From Octopus vulgaris (taxonomy: Eukaryota), in the NCBI GenBank assembly GCA_951406725.2, contig OX597820.1, forward strand, positions 67,518,001 to 67,582,000: 64,000 nucleotides of DNA, given 5' to 3'. Below the pieces are notes generated by a model. The model was given only the letters and a program-made list of their open reading frames with translations, had not been told where the DNA came from and did no database searches. The translations under genes and the position numbers were made by a program. How positions within the stretch are numbered: the first letter of the stretch is position 1; each line of letters starts with the position of its first letter. Below, in pieces: positions 1-14,280 of the stretch.

Positions 1-155
1 ATTATAATATTTGTAAAATTTACCTATAAGGTTTTTATTTCCGCGCTGACCCCTCGGTAAAATCATTAATGATTTTTACCCTTTATTATAATATTCATAT
101 ATATATATATGTTTGCATGTATGTATATATATATATGTATGAATGCATATATGTA

Positions 156-193
<38 letters not shown>

Positions 194-360
194 GCACGCG
201 CGCATATATATATATATGAATATATATATATATGTGTGTGTGTGCGTGTGTGGTGTGTATGCATATATTTCTGTTGGCTTACAATACAAACAATTTAACA
301 TTAAACTCTACACAATGCTTTTTGTAGAGTACATATGATACTTTTACAAGAAGAGGTATA

Positions 361-406
361 ACAGTGATTTCGAAGTTTCGGCCTGCTAACCTTCATCGGA
401 CACTGT
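361..406 (-). ncRNA. Degenerate type I hammerhead-like motif in a short repeat (about 270-406)
   Basis: Minus strand reads ACAGTG-T-CCGATGA-A-GGTT[AGCA]GGCC-GAAAC-TTCGAA-ATC-ACTGT. A related fragment at about 10190-10310 has GAAAC-ATCGAA-GTC-ACTGT. Core has U4C. Confidence 0.5.
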
Positions 407-410
407 GTCT

Positions 411-443
<33 letters not shown>

Positions 444-1127
444 GCATGCATGTGTGTGCTTATGTGTTTGTATATATACTAAACGAAAAAAAAAAAAAGA
501 ACTGATTAGCATAACAAACACATAGAAACATACATACATAAGGCATATCTCGTTTATGCGTACATTTGTGCGCACAATACAATGCTGGCCTATTCTCAGT
601 ATCACTATTGACAATAAAACGAGACAATGTGGAACAGTACAAAACAGGCAAAGAAAAAAAAAACTACAAAAGGCAACAAAAAAATAATAATAATAAAATT
701 ACAAATACAAAAACATAACAGGCAAGCGGGTAAAGAGATGCCCATGGCCCTTTCTAGCTAAGGCTCTCTCACGTGGCGATACTTGACACTGCATCTTGCC
801 AAACTCCAATAGTGTCACGCCTCCATATATTTTCGCCGGAACCAAATGTGAAGAGAATGTCGGAACTTCCTTAATTCTCTCAATTGAGCACCATCACTCC
901 TGACAACTCGAAGACTATAGGGCATGTTATCAATTTAATTTTTTTTTTTTTTGCAAAAACTTGTACTACTGAATTCGAACGATTGCTGTGAGCAAAGGAC
1001 TCAGCGTTTTGTTTCTTTTTTGTTTTTGTTCTTGTTAGTTTTTTTTTAAAGAGAATAAAGCATCGTAGAACATGGAATAATAACAATAATAGTAATAAAA
1101 AATAATGTTTTCTGTTTTTCCTTAACA

Positions 1128-2220
<1,093 letters not shown>

Positions 2221-2549
2221 GAAAGCGATTTAATGATACAACTTTAAATAGTTCATATTTCTAGGACGACTTCAGAAATAAAAAAAAATTCAGTTTTGCA
2301 AAAAACAAAAACAACAAATTAGCAAAATTAGCAAAGATAATGAAAATGTGTTCTCCCCAACCCCCACAAAAATTTGCAAAATTATAGAAAAAGAAAATGA
2401 AAAAGAAAAATGAAGAAATCATGTAATGATTAAGCAAGGAGTAAAAAAAAAAAAATTGTTTTGCTGGAAATCTTTTTTCGAAAGAGCAAAGAATAAAAGA
2501 ATAGTTTGTTGAAGAATTACACGGAAATAGTGTAAAGACAACATATAAT

Positions 2550-2863
2550 GAGAATAGCAGCAGTCATAGTAGTAATAGTAGTAGTTGCTGAAGTTGTAGC
2601 TGTTGATGTTGATGTCAATTTAAAAGTTGGAGTTGCTGTTGTACATTTTGTAGCTGTAATAGTAGCAGTTGTTATTGTAGTAGTAGTAGTCGCCCTAGTA
2701 TTTGTAGCAGCGGCAGCAGTAATAGTTGTAGTGGTAGTAAATTCAGATGTACAAGTTCCTGTTGTGCAGTTCGTAGTTGTAGTGGTAGTAGTAGTTGTAG
2801 TAGTAGTAGTAGTAGCAGGAATAGTAGTAATACTAACAGCAAATTTAGATGTAGGAGTTGCCG

Positions 2864-2926
<63 letters not shown>
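2550..2926. repeat. Degenerate (GTA/GTT)n tract followed by (TTA)n
   Basis: Visible low-complexity sequence; the (TTA)n is the tail of the adjacent element. Confidence 0.85.
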
Positions 2927-3324
2927 GAGTGAGAGAGCAGTGCATGCCATCAAAGTGACACTGGGGTAAAATATACGAAGCCCAGTATACCCATCATGAC
3001 TATCCGTCTGATAGGGGTACACTAGGCACATGCATCACAACCATATGTGCGCGACATAGTGATCTCATATCAAGATAAACAGAACATGACCTTGCAGGTG
3101 GGGCCCAGTTAGAATTTTCTTCTGGTTGAGAGTAATCCATCCCGCTCAAAAGGTCCCTGAATAAAGGTTGTTTAAAGATGTTGAACGAACCACCCATGTT
3201 TCCAAAGATGAATTATCCAAAATCTCCAAGAATTCTTTTCAACACACGGCAATGATGCTCCCCCACTACTTCTGCTCGTGATCAGAAATGCACATATCGT
3301 CAGCCACTCAGGGACATGCTCAAC
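2927..3324 (-). mobile_element. Retroposon family C with (TAA)n tail, 5'-truncated
   Basis: Closely similar to 35534-35713 and to the reverse complement of 48645-49115. Ends GCACTGCTCTCTCACTC followed by (AAT)n. Confidence 0.85.
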
Positions 3325-3611
3325 ATGTATGTATGTATGTATGTATGTATGTATGTATGTATGTATGTATGTATGTATGTATGTATGTATGTATGTATGT
3401 ATGTATGTATGTATGTATGTATGTATGTATGTATGTATGAATGGATACAAACAACTGAGACATGATGCGCCGATTTTTTACAGCAGCAACACATGGGTTT
3501 TCAATATCGATGATTCTAAAAGAGGGCCACCGACTGAGCAATTATTGGGAATAACTATAACCAAATCACTCTACATTAGCGTACACATATACACACGTAC
3601 ACACACACACA

Positions 3612-3679
<68 letters not shown>

Positions 3680-3699
3680 ACAAAAGCACTTAATATACA

Positions 3700-3861
3700 T
3701 CAAGCCTTTAGTTATCAGATTAATATTTTGTTGTTGCGATATATGTTCGCCCTTTAGGACAATATACTGTATCGTATTTGCATTTGCAAATACAATACAG
3801 TAAACACGAAAAAGAATACATGTAAAAAATTTTTTAAAATCCTTTTCTTGATTGACTTCAT
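3700..3861 (-). pseudogene. Possible decayed first exon(s) of the secreted-protein family
   Basis: ATG at 3861 gives MKSIKKRILKNFLHVFFFVFTV. Nucleotide similarity to 14774-14820 (MKSYGKILKNF). Confidence 0.25.
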
Positions 3862-4635
3862 TTTCAAAGAGACAATCTTGCGCATCAACAAAACTGCACT
3901 GTAATTTATAACAATTAAACATCAACTATTGATGTAATAATATATGACATAAGAAATATAGGACGAAAATGAAATATGTTATGAAAGAATGTCTCATTAA
4001 TGTTTGGATTAAATTTACTGTAAGGTGAAGTTTTATTTAGATTACTCTTTTCGTATCTTAAAATTTTACTTGGTCTTAGTTCAAACCGGTGTAAGCCTTG
4101 TTAATTTTTGTCTTTTTAAATACATATTGTAATCATAGCAAGGAAATAAAGATAATTTATTATCAATACTGGCATTGAGTTTAAACATTTAGTTGATACA
4201 CAAACAATAACGATACGTAATTCAGTGTTTACGATGTGTTTTTCTCGTAAGGAAAGTTAACGAATGAGTATGTGTGTGAGTGTGCGCGCGTGTGTGAAGG
4301 TGTGTGTACGTATATGTGTGTGCACACGAGTGTGTATGTTTGTGCGCGTGTGTATGTAGGTATTTTGTGTATGCCTTTATCTATAGCAATCCCAATGTTT
4401 ATATAAGTTATTTCTATCTTTTAGGTACAAACTTGTAAATGACTACGAAAATATTAAACGGACAAATCAAGCGAAATTTAAGGAATAATTGAACACATGC
4501 ATGTGTATGTGTGTATGTATGTATGTATGTATGCATGTATGCATGTATGTATGTATGTATGTATGTATGTATGTATGTATGTACGTACGTATGTATGTAT
4601 GTATGTATGTATGTATGTATGTATGTATGTATGTA

Positions 4636-4668
<33 letters not shown>

Positions 4669-4674
4669 ATGTAT

Positions 4675-4867
4675 GGGGAGAATTCGCAAAAAATAACAAC
4701 AAAAGACGAAGACAGGTGGTATAGACAACAAACAAATGTATTAGTATAACGCTCGGGAAGTGAAAAAGTATTTAACGTTTCGAGCCTACGCGCTTCCACA
4801 GAAAGGAACACAGAAAGAAACAAGGAGAGAAAATAAAGAATGTGTAGTGGCAAGCGATCTATCATGT
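4675..4867 (-). mobile_element. Microsatellite-embedded repeat with hammerhead-like motif (family H)
   Basis: Homologous to 29822-30008. Minus strand reads CTTT-CTGTGGA-A-GCGC[GTAG]GCTC-GAAAC-GTT. Confidence 0.7.
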
Positions 4868-5031
4868 ATGTATGATGTATGTATGTATGTATGTATGTAT
4901 GTATGTATGTATGTATGTATGTATGTATGTATGCTTGTCTATATGCATGTTATATACGCGCGCGCACACACATACATGCATACATATATATATAAATACA
5001 TGTATGTATCTAAATATGCTACATATATACA

Positions 5032-5142
<111 letters not shown>

Positions 5143-5224
5143 TCTATCTGTCTGTCTGTCTATCTGTCTGTCGGTCTGTCGGTCTGTCTGTCTGTCTATC
5201 TGCTTGTATTTCTGTCTATTGATG

Positions 5225-6576
5225 GTATTCGTCTTCTGATCCAACGAGGAACATCTAGTCATCGTTGAGTGGTCGGGCCTTGCGAGCGTGTAACCTACTA
5301 GTTAGTGAAATCCACGCATGGTAGTGTCATGGAGAGTGTGAACAGGGAATACAGGTGGCAGTGCGAGATCTGATGGTGCTTTCTTATGGTCTTCCTGAGT
5401 TGCTCATCTGCAGTTGCTCTGTTGACCTCAAACACCTCAGAATCCGCAGGGACTGCTGCATGTTATCTCCTATTCAACGCTGTCAACTCCCTCTCTTTAT
5501 GGTTGATGTTAAAGGCCTTAAGTGAAGCTTTCACTGTGTCATTTGTACTTTGTCTGGCCTCCACTGGAGCCTTTCCCATGTAGGAGTCCGCTGTAGAACA
5601 CCTTTATGGGGAACCAGTGATCTGACATGTGAACCGCGTGACGTGCTCAGGGCAGCCTTGACTGTAACAGGATCATGTGAATGCTGGGCAGTTTTGCTTG
5701 AAAGAGTACATCTTTATGACGGGTCCTGTCTTGCCATTTATTGTCCAAAATTTTTCTAAAGCTGGATTGTATGAAAGTGGTTCAGTACTCTTCTATGCCG
5801 TTGGTAGACAGTCCAAGATTCACGGCCACAACAATATGGTGAAGGTTGAGGCTCACTGCAGCTTGGTATTTGCTTCTATAGGGATATATCTCTTCCACAC
5901 ATTCTTGTGGAGTCTGCCGAATGTAGCATTGTTCTTGACGAGTCTAGAATTCCTTTCATCATCAGTGATGACAGAGCGGAGGAGTATGCTTCCTGAGAAG
6001 GGGAACTTACATCCTGCATTCAGTCGTTACCTGTTGATGAAGATGTTGACTTCAAACGTATGTCATTCTTGGAAATAACTAAAATGCAACTTCAGAATTC
6101 TTTGTATAGACCGTTAGACCATAATTGTTACAGGTGTCAGAGAACTTTTCAGCAATTGCATGTTAACCTCTGAGGTAGCGATGAGGGAACAGTTATCAAC
6201 AAACAGAAAGTCATTGATATTACCTGGCGAAATGTTGATTTTTGGCTTTGAAACCTTCTATTGGGCTATTATTACAGTATCGGATGCCGATGCTAATAAT
6301 AACGGCGTCTGTTAGAATAGTTGAAAAAAAAAAGAGAGCGTAGAAGATGGAGGCAAAACAACCCTGTTTCACTCTGTTGGGGACAGAGAATAGCTCTGAT
6401 GTCGGGTACTTTGCCAGTAGGAGGAGTGGCTGTGTGATAAGTAGCTTGCTTACGAACTACATGGTTTCGGGTTCAGTCCCACTATAGCCTCGAGCCAACC
6501 CAAAGCCTTGTGAATGGATTTGGTCGACGGAAACTGAAAGAAGCCCGTCGTATATATGTATATGTATATGTACATG

Positions 6577-6628
<52 letters not shown>

Positions 6629-6672
6629 TATATATATATATGTGTGTGTATATATATATATGTGTGTGTGTG

Positions 6673-6754
<82 letters not shown>

Positions 6755-6788
6755 TATATATATATGTGTGTGTGTATATATATATGTA

Positions 6789-6846
<58 letters not shown>

Positions 6847-7360
6847 CATATATATATATATATGTATGTGTGTGTATATGTTTGTGTGTCTGTGTTTGTC
6901 CCCCCAGCATCGCTTGACAACCGATGCTGGTGTGTTTACGTCCCCGTAACTTAGCGGTTCGGCTAAAGAGACCAAAAGAATAAACACTAGGCTTCCAAAG
7001 AATAAGTCCTGGGGTTGATTTGCTCGACTAAAGGCGGTGCTCCAGCATGGCCACTGTCAAATGACTGAAACAAGTAAAAGAGAGTAAAAGAAAGAGAGTA
7101 TGCCATCATGTATGAATTTTCTAGGAAAGTAGTATTTTGTCATGATTCTTCAAAGTATTTCTCTACTTTCAATGTCGGAAGCCATGGTCAAATCAATGTA
7201 AGTGGATTACAAGCGGGATTCCTGACCTTTCTCTTGATACTGTTTTGCAACAAACACCCGAATACTTTCCGAAAGCCATATTGACTCTCTGATAGGAGAC
7301 TCTCACAGGGCGCGCGATGAAGCGGTTGGGAAGCACGTTGGCCAGAGTCTTGCTTGTGAT
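5225..7360 (-). mobile_element. Decayed RTE-clade LINE (RT region), split by a SINE at 6419-7099
   Basis: Minus-strand peptides [21 protein letters not shown] (FADD-like) and ATFGRLHKNVW. Many stops and frameshifts. Confidence 0.75.
6419..7099 (+). mobile_element. tRNA-derived SINE family A with internal (TA)n
   Basis: A-box TGGCTGTGTG, B-box GGTTCAGTCCC, body GCCTTGTGAATGGATTTGG, tail GACTGAAACAAGTAAAAGAG. Multiple copies in the window. Confidence 0.9.
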
Positions 7361-7392
7361 GTATGTATACATACATTCGCGCGTACACGCAC

Positions 7393-7480
<88 letters not shown>

Positions 7481-7519
7481 GTATCTATCTATCTATCTCT
7501 CTATCTGTCTATCTGTCTA

Positions 7520-7596
<77 letters not shown>

Positions 7597-7913
7597 TATC
7601 TGTGTATCTGTCTACGTACAAACATACATGTATACACACATATTTGTTTGTATATAGACACACGCACTTTTATCTCCGTACATACAAACACACATGCACA
7701 GCCTCTCTGTATCATCTCTCTCTCTCTCGGTATATATATATATATATATATATAATACATAAACATACGCTCAGATGCAAATACATACATAAATACTCAC
7801 ACACATGCGCACGTGCACACTCGTAGTATCGATGGACAAAGATATATAGTAATACACAGATATGGACTGAGAATGAAAGAAAGATATGCATGTCTGTATG
7901 CGAATGCTTATGC

Positions 7914-7996
<83 letters not shown>

Positions 7997-8002
7997 TGTA
8001 TG

Positions 8003-8033
<31 letters not shown>

Positions 8034-8169
8034 GTATGTATATGTGAGTGTATATGTGTTTGCTTGTGTGTTTGTGTGCGTGTATGTGCGTGTGTTTCAG
8101 ATTCAAAGCTACGTTGTAGTCCGGTGCAGAAGGTGGAGCTACAGAATTAAAGAAACGAAGAATAATTAG

Positions 8170-8760
8170 ATTGATATAGCAATGAGTTACATACGACTCC
8201 TCACGTATGAAGAGAAACTCTTCAGCAGCGGGATCTTTTTGTAGAACCAGAGTAAAAGAATAGAATATTCATAAATAAAGCTGGAATAGTTGCCTTAGAC
8301 ATTATTTGAAGGACATGGAAGAAATTGCTGTCAGGAACAAACAGATGCAACTGTGAGAAGACTGGCCAAACCCAAAAGATAATGGCTCTGATTAAAGCTT
8401 TTCTTTAAAAAAAAATAATAATGAAGGTTCTGGATTTCTTGAGGTTAAATACAGCAGTGAAGCCAAACTGATTTGTTCTAAAGAATTTTATTGAAAACAT
8501 TGGTAAGACTCTACGTCTGGCTATGCTAGAGACAAATGTACAAAAGAAAGCATAATCGAGTGCTTCACTGGTTTGTATTAAGGAGTATACAGGAAGGATT
8601 GCCTTAAGAAATACATTTCTTGTAACAGGAGCCAAAACACAGTAGCGAAATAATGATATAAAGGAAGTATTACATTTGCGAATTGTAAAGCGAAGCATTT
8701 GAGATTAAGAAAAGGAAAGAAGATAAAGAGATTATCGACTGCAAACTTTTTGTCTTTTAA
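8170..8760 (+). mobile_element. Old LINE-like fragment (probably RTE C-terminal region)
   Basis: Degenerate RKDCLKK-like segment in purine-rich coding-like sequence; weak. Confidence 0.35.
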
Positions 8761-8952
8761 TCAATACTGCAATTACAAAATTCTTCAAAGTTTGTATCGA
8801 GGAGTGTCAATTGAATACTAGTACAACTTATTAGAAAACAATAATCTAACCAATATATTACTAATATATTTATAGTTATACTAAGTTACGTGTAATACGA
8901 GCCGTGGATGAGGATTATGGTTGTATTCTATACATTCTTATATATTCTGTAT

Positions 8953-9016
8953 CAATGGTTCCCAAAATTTATTGCACTACGGGTCAGTTTCATGCAAGAC
9001 GATGTTTCCACGGACT
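8953..9016 (+). mobile_element. hAT/Charlie-type MITE terminal fragment
   Basis: CAATGGTTCCCAAA...GCACTACGGGTCAGTTTCATGCAAGAC resembles CAGTGGTCCCCAAC-type hAT ends (from recall). Confidence 0.4.
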
Positions 9017-9097
9017 TGATATCACACGCATAAATACAATAAAGTGCATAATATATAATTTAATTATTACAAATATATTAGATAAATATTGCTTTCA

Positions 9098-9297
9098 AAT
9101 TTTGGCACAAGGCCAGCAATTGCACGAAGGAGTTAAGTTGATTACATCGACTCTAGTGCTTAACTGGTACTTATTTTATCGACCTCAAAAGGGCGAAAGG
9201 CAAAGTCTACCGCGGGCGGAATTTGACTCAGAACGTACAGACGAACGAAATACTGCTAAGCATTTTTCCCAGCGTGCTAACAGTTCCTCCAGCTCAT
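9098..9297 (-). mobile_element. SINE family B
   Basis: Reverse complement of GAGCTGGCAGAAACGTTAGCACG...GACTTTGCCTTTCATCCTTTCGGGGTCGATAAA; diverged. Confidence 0.85.
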
Positions 9298-9345
9298 AGC
9301 CCTATATTACACGCACACACGCGCACACGCACACACGCGCACACG

Positions 9346-9427
<82 letters not shown>

Positions 9428-10419
9428 CACATACGCACACACATTACATATGTATTAGATATAATATATATATAAAGATAAATATATAGAGATATTCTAT
9501 TGACAATCCAATAATTTACTTATATTACAATATTACATTAAATACTATGAATATAATATATAACATATCATAATATTATATAAATAATTATAAAAACCGT
9601 AAAAATCTAACAAATTGTTTCGACTTATATATATCTTTTCTGATATACATAATCACAGTTCCAGGATCCTAAAATGACTTATATATATCTTTATTACTCT
9701 TTTACTCTTTTACTTGTTTCAGTCATTTGACTGCGGACATACTGGAGTACCGCCTTACCAATATTTATATGGTATTCAACTGAAGTACCAGAGAATTGGA
9801 TGTTTAACACACCCCTTTGAAGGATTTCTCTTCCTCAGTTTGTTACTATATATAGTGCAAGAGCACCCTGCAGATTGCAGGCAGAAGTCAATAAGATAAA
9901 AATAGGATTTTAAAAGGTACCAAATAATCCACGGCCGGTACAAGTGCGCCTTCTCAGGGACGGGAACTCCTCATCTGTATTATTCTATGTGCTTCTAGGT
10001 GGTAACTCAATCTGTTAGAAATAACAGCCAAATTTGACCTCAACTCTCAGTCTATTATTTTAACGAAATAACCATCCCACCAGGGTTTTATCAGCCCTGA
10101 AGGAGCAGCCTCTCCCTGGACTATATTGTCATGATAAAACTCTCTATATCGTGATGTATTAATGCTTGTTTTTATGTTCAGTTATAATAAAAACAATTTA
10201 ACATTAATCTGATGGGTTACTCTAAACTTTTGTAGAGTACAATTTTATTATTCTTATATAAGAATGTTGTTGACAGTGACTTCGATGTTTCGGCCAACTA
10301 AATCATCGTCGGTTTAGCTGATGAGGATGATGATATTCTCATCTTTCACGTAATGTTCAAATACAATAAAGCCTTTGACAGTTATCCTTTTTGTTGATCT
10401 ACGTAATAATAATTTCAAG

Positions 10420-10605
10420 TTTTTGGTACAAGGCCAGCAATTTTGGGAGCGGGGTAAGTCGATTACATCGACCCCAGTGCTCAACTTTTACTTATTTATT
10501 TCGACTCCGAAAGGATGAAAGACAAAGTCGACCTCGGCGGAATTCGAACTCAGGGCGTAAGGGCAGACGAAATGCCGCTAACGTTTCTGGTGGTTCGCTG
10601 CCTTA
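10420..10605 (-). mobile_element. SINE family B
   Basis: Family homology; flanked by a CTACGTAATAAT duplication. Confidence 0.85.
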
Positions 10606-11293
10606 ATCTCTACTACGTAATAATGACGCTTTACTTATGTATGTTTATGGTGTGTTATTCTAATTTTCATCTACACGATAATGATGACGTTAATTATAAG
10701 CAAAACATTAGTTGAATAAGAAAAATTAAGGACTTTAGAGTTGAGATGAAGAAGAAAATGAAATTGAAGTGCATGAAAGTTATAAAGTTATACAATATTC
10801 TCCGTACGCCATACCGCTAAACTCACATTTACTTCACTAATAACTACAAAAAAAAAAAAAAAAAAAAAAAAAGAAAAACTTCTGGTAAGACGATTCTTGT
10901 CCTTGTAATAGGAATGAACAGCAGTTCTTAATGATATAATTATGATATTAGATATATTTTAATATTCTTAGAGAATATCTCACTGCAACGAGATTATAGT
11001 ATTTACTGTAATGAGATTTATTCAGATCTTCACTTATCAAATTTATAGAGATGTCGAAGCTATATTGCTTCAGCAATTTCATTTACACTGGGTTTGTTGA
11101 TCCACACCAACGTCAGAATTATTATTGGTATGTGAGATATTCAGTTCACAGGAATACCTCCATCATTATGACCATTTTTCTGCAGGTTTTAAATTTGATC
11201 GTTTCAAAATACATTCCAATTTCTTGGGAGAATTTTACCGTTACACTGTCGAATGAATTAGTATCTTCCTTATCATCGTTGTTACCAAAGATA

Positions 11294-11583
11294 CGAGGGG
11301 CGTTCAATAAGTAATGCCCCTGACCCACTTCCCATAGCAGTAGAGCAACGAAACTTGGCACAGTTATTAGTCTTTTTCTACATAGGAACCACCCAGAGTT
11401 ACGCATTTCTCCCATCGTTTGATGCGGCTCAGTTCAAACACCTGTAAATCAGAAACCCCAATTAGTTCAGAGCTGTAATTTGCCACCTACTCTATAGAGA
11501 TATAAATAACAGCACACGCAAATTTTCAGCTAGATCAAACAACTGCAAGTGGGTCAGAGGCATTACTTATTGAACGCCCCTCG
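11294..11583. mobile_element. Mariner-derived MITE
   Basis: About 37-bp TIRs CGAGGGGCGTTCAATAAGTAATGCC... with TA on both sides. Internal minus-strand transposase C-terminus RWEKCVTLGGSYVEKD*. Confidence 0.92.
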
Positions 11584-12043
11584 TACATCGGGTCAACAAG
11601 CGAACGTCGATGCTGACGTACACTCTGCAAAAAAAAAAAAAAATAGCAGCAAAATATCCCTCAAATCATATCATACGCCTCATATTTATAAAAAGATTCT
11701 AAAGCTGATGACTATTTGCGGTATATATTTTTATGTTAGCTCCTCTTTTTCCTTTATGCAATATCTCATATTTACATGTTTTTTTTTTTGCATCCAAATT
11801 AAAGATGTAATGCACAGGAAAAAGTGAGGACAAGAAATAATATCACTCTGATATAATTTAAACATTTCCATGTGCATGTATCCTACAATGACGGTGATAT
11901 TTGGAAATGGTAAGAACAACCTACACATTCCTATTGTTTAATGAAGTTCACTGTGATATCATCAAAATTATGAGGCTTCTATCTTTGGTGAGCCTGTTAG
12001 GTAGGATTATATCAAAGGTTTTGCTGTAATCAATTCAAGTATA

Positions 12044-12868
12044 CGAGGGGTGGTGGTGACCAAAAGTAACCAGAAACGTTCCCTGTGGGACAAGACCATT
12101 GTAGTTCATGCTTCCGCTGCAGAAGCCACTTGATGCGACCTTCAGGCATCAGTACTGTCACGTGGTGCATCTTTGTTTTGCAGTGCTTCTCCGTGAAATT
12201 CTGTTTTCTGTTGGGGAAAACGGCGGCCGAAACAGTTGTTATGTTTCAAAAAATTCACAAGGACGCTGTCATTAACAAAACACAAGTTTACGAGTGGTTT
12301 CAACGCTGTAGGAATGGCCAGTTGTCGCTTGAAGACCAATCTCGTTCAGAGCGACCGTCAACCTCCCAAACGAATGAATACATCATGAAAATTCATGAAC
12401 TGATCTTGGAGGACCGTCACCGAACAATTAACAAACTTGCTGATGTGACTGTTGTGTCTTGGAGCTCCCGCCAACGAATTTTGAGGGAGGAATTGCGAAT
12501 GAAAAGACTTTCAGCAACATTTGTGCCTCGCTTGCTTATAGAAGATCAAAAGCAGCCACGACAATGTGTGTCGTAACTGAAAGAACAGTTGGAGGTTGAT
12601 CCGTTCTTTTTTTCGAAGGTCATCACTGGTGACGGAAGATGGTGCTACGGAAATTGCAATTATGGAAAGGATGAAGAAAAAAACAACGGAGGTGTTAAAA
12701 GGCATCACTTCGTAAGAGTTCCAGCACTGCTTCAAATAATGGGAAACGCGCTTGGATCGATGCATTGCTTCAAATGGAGAATACTTCGAAGGCGATAAAA
12801 CTGTAAACATGTAAAACTAAGTGAATAAAATAATATTGCAAAATTCCGGTTTCTTTTGGGTACCCCCG
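12044..12868 (+). mobile_element. Internally deleted mariner transposon
   Basis: TA-flanked degenerate TIRs. HTH region LGKTAAET..VYEWF..RPSTS..FVPRLL, first catalytic motif VITGDGRW, C-terminus RLDRCIASNGEYFEGD. Central catalytic part missing. Confidence 0.92.
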
Positions 12869-13308
12869 TATGCCTGTTACATTCTTATGTAATTACGTTT
12901 ATGTGTGTGTGTGTGTGTGTGTGTGCATTCTCTGGTACTTTATTTTGTTAACGAGGAACTACTTCTGCAGGACTTGACCTTATGCAGGTATGAAAGAATT
13001 TGGTATAGTCGTTTTAGTCAAGGACCAGTTAGCAGTGCCAAAATAAATGACAAATTAAGTCTTATAAGCGACAATGTTAGAAATCATTATTATTTTCACC
13101 ATTGGGAAATAAGTTAAAACCTTACATAGGAAATTGAAATTGTTTTTTAAAAAAACCCCATTTAATTTCGACATCTGTTTTGGCGTGGGTTTGGGTAATA
13201 GCTAGAAAATCGAAAATTAGAAAATAGAAAATTATTATTCGGCTTCTCAGACCACTATTTTTTTGACTAAGTTTTCATGATAAAACTTTCCAGTAGGTTT
13301 TGAAGTGC

Positions 13309-13348
13309 TTCACTATGGTTATAACAAATATGTTATAACCATAGTGAA
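13309..13348. repeat. Perfect hairpin (18-bp arms, 4-nt loop)
   Basis: TTCACTATGGTTATAACA-AATA-TGTTATAACCATAGTGAA. Confidence 0.9.
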
Positions 13349-13681
13349 CCTTAGTGGTTTAAGTGACAAGAGTTAAATATCTTGCAGAAGGATATACCCA
13401 TGCTGGTGTTTTCATATCCTTTGTAGTTGGTGTATGTCGTAAACTAGGAAGATTGAGGCGCAGTTTCATATATTGCCACATGCGCTATTGTACTTTCGGA
13501 GGTCGATAAAATAAGTACCAGTTAAATACTGGGGTCGAAGTAATCGACCGAGACCCTGCAACGAAATTTCTGGCCTTGTGCTAAAATTTGAAACCATTTT
13601 TTAAAAGGATTTATTCAAAAACCGTTATACATATGTTCCAATAAGGAATGTATACGCTTATGGTGATTTGTTAACAAACAC

Positions 13682-13853
13682 AGGCGCAAGAGTGGCTGTG
13701 TGATAAGTAACTTGCTTACCAACCACATGATTCTGGGTTCAGTCCCTGCATGGCACCTTGGACAAGTGTTTTCTACTATAGCCTCGGGCCGACCAAAGCC
13801 TTGTGAGTAGATTTGGTAGACGGAAACTGAAAGATGCCCGTCGTATATATATA
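13682..13853 (+). mobile_element. SINE family A, 5' half
   Basis: Matches 19412-19580. Confidence 0.9.
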
Positions 13854-14084
13854 TCACCGTGATCACCGTGACCGATCAGGCTATCAGATGTTGCTACACA
13901 TCGCTGGTCACAAAGTGCTTCGCATTGTTTTAGCCTTCAAAGGACGCCATTCCGCTGGCTAACATACATAAACATAATTTAGCATAATTTGTTATTTTTC
14001 TTCATGTCCTATGTTCTTCGAATAAGGACACAAATCTCACAACATCCTAAACTCTAACATTAAAAACTACTTCTTTCGCTTGTG

Positions 14085-14280
14085 TTTACTCTTTTAGTTG
14101 TTTCAGTCATTTGACTGCGGCCATGCTGGAGCACCGCCTTTAGTCGAGCAAATCGACCCCAGGACTTATTCTTTGTAAGCCTAGTACTTATTCTATCGGT
14201 CTCTTTTGTCGAACCGCTAAGTTACGAGTGTGTCTGTGTTTGTCTCCCACCCAGCATCGCTTGACAACCGATGCTGGTGT
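14085..14280 (-). mobile_element. SINE family A, 3' fragments (rearranged)
   Basis: Minus-strand tail 14085-14227 joined to a plus-strand internal piece 14228-14280. Confidence 0.85.

Larger units (their letters stand above)
11026..13050 (+). pseudogene. Candidate signal peptide plus two PAN-like exons, disrupted by a mariner MITE and a mariner
   Basis: AG|exon 11026-11127|GT, 58-bp intron, then exon GFKFDRFKIHSNFLG. Joining across the 11292-11800 insertion at the duplicated AAAGAT gives RCYQRCNAQEK. CLLHSYVITFMC follows the mariner. Confidence 0.5.

Noticed and set aside
3450-3560. Coding-like island PIFYSSNTW...LLGIT
   Set aside because: Resembles the RTE LLYGSETW region, so a tiny LINE scrap rather than a host exon.
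11060-11095. Alpha-carbonic-anhydrase-like QQFHLHW motif
   Set aside because: A stop follows two codons later, there are no other CA motifs, and the region fits the leader-exon model better.
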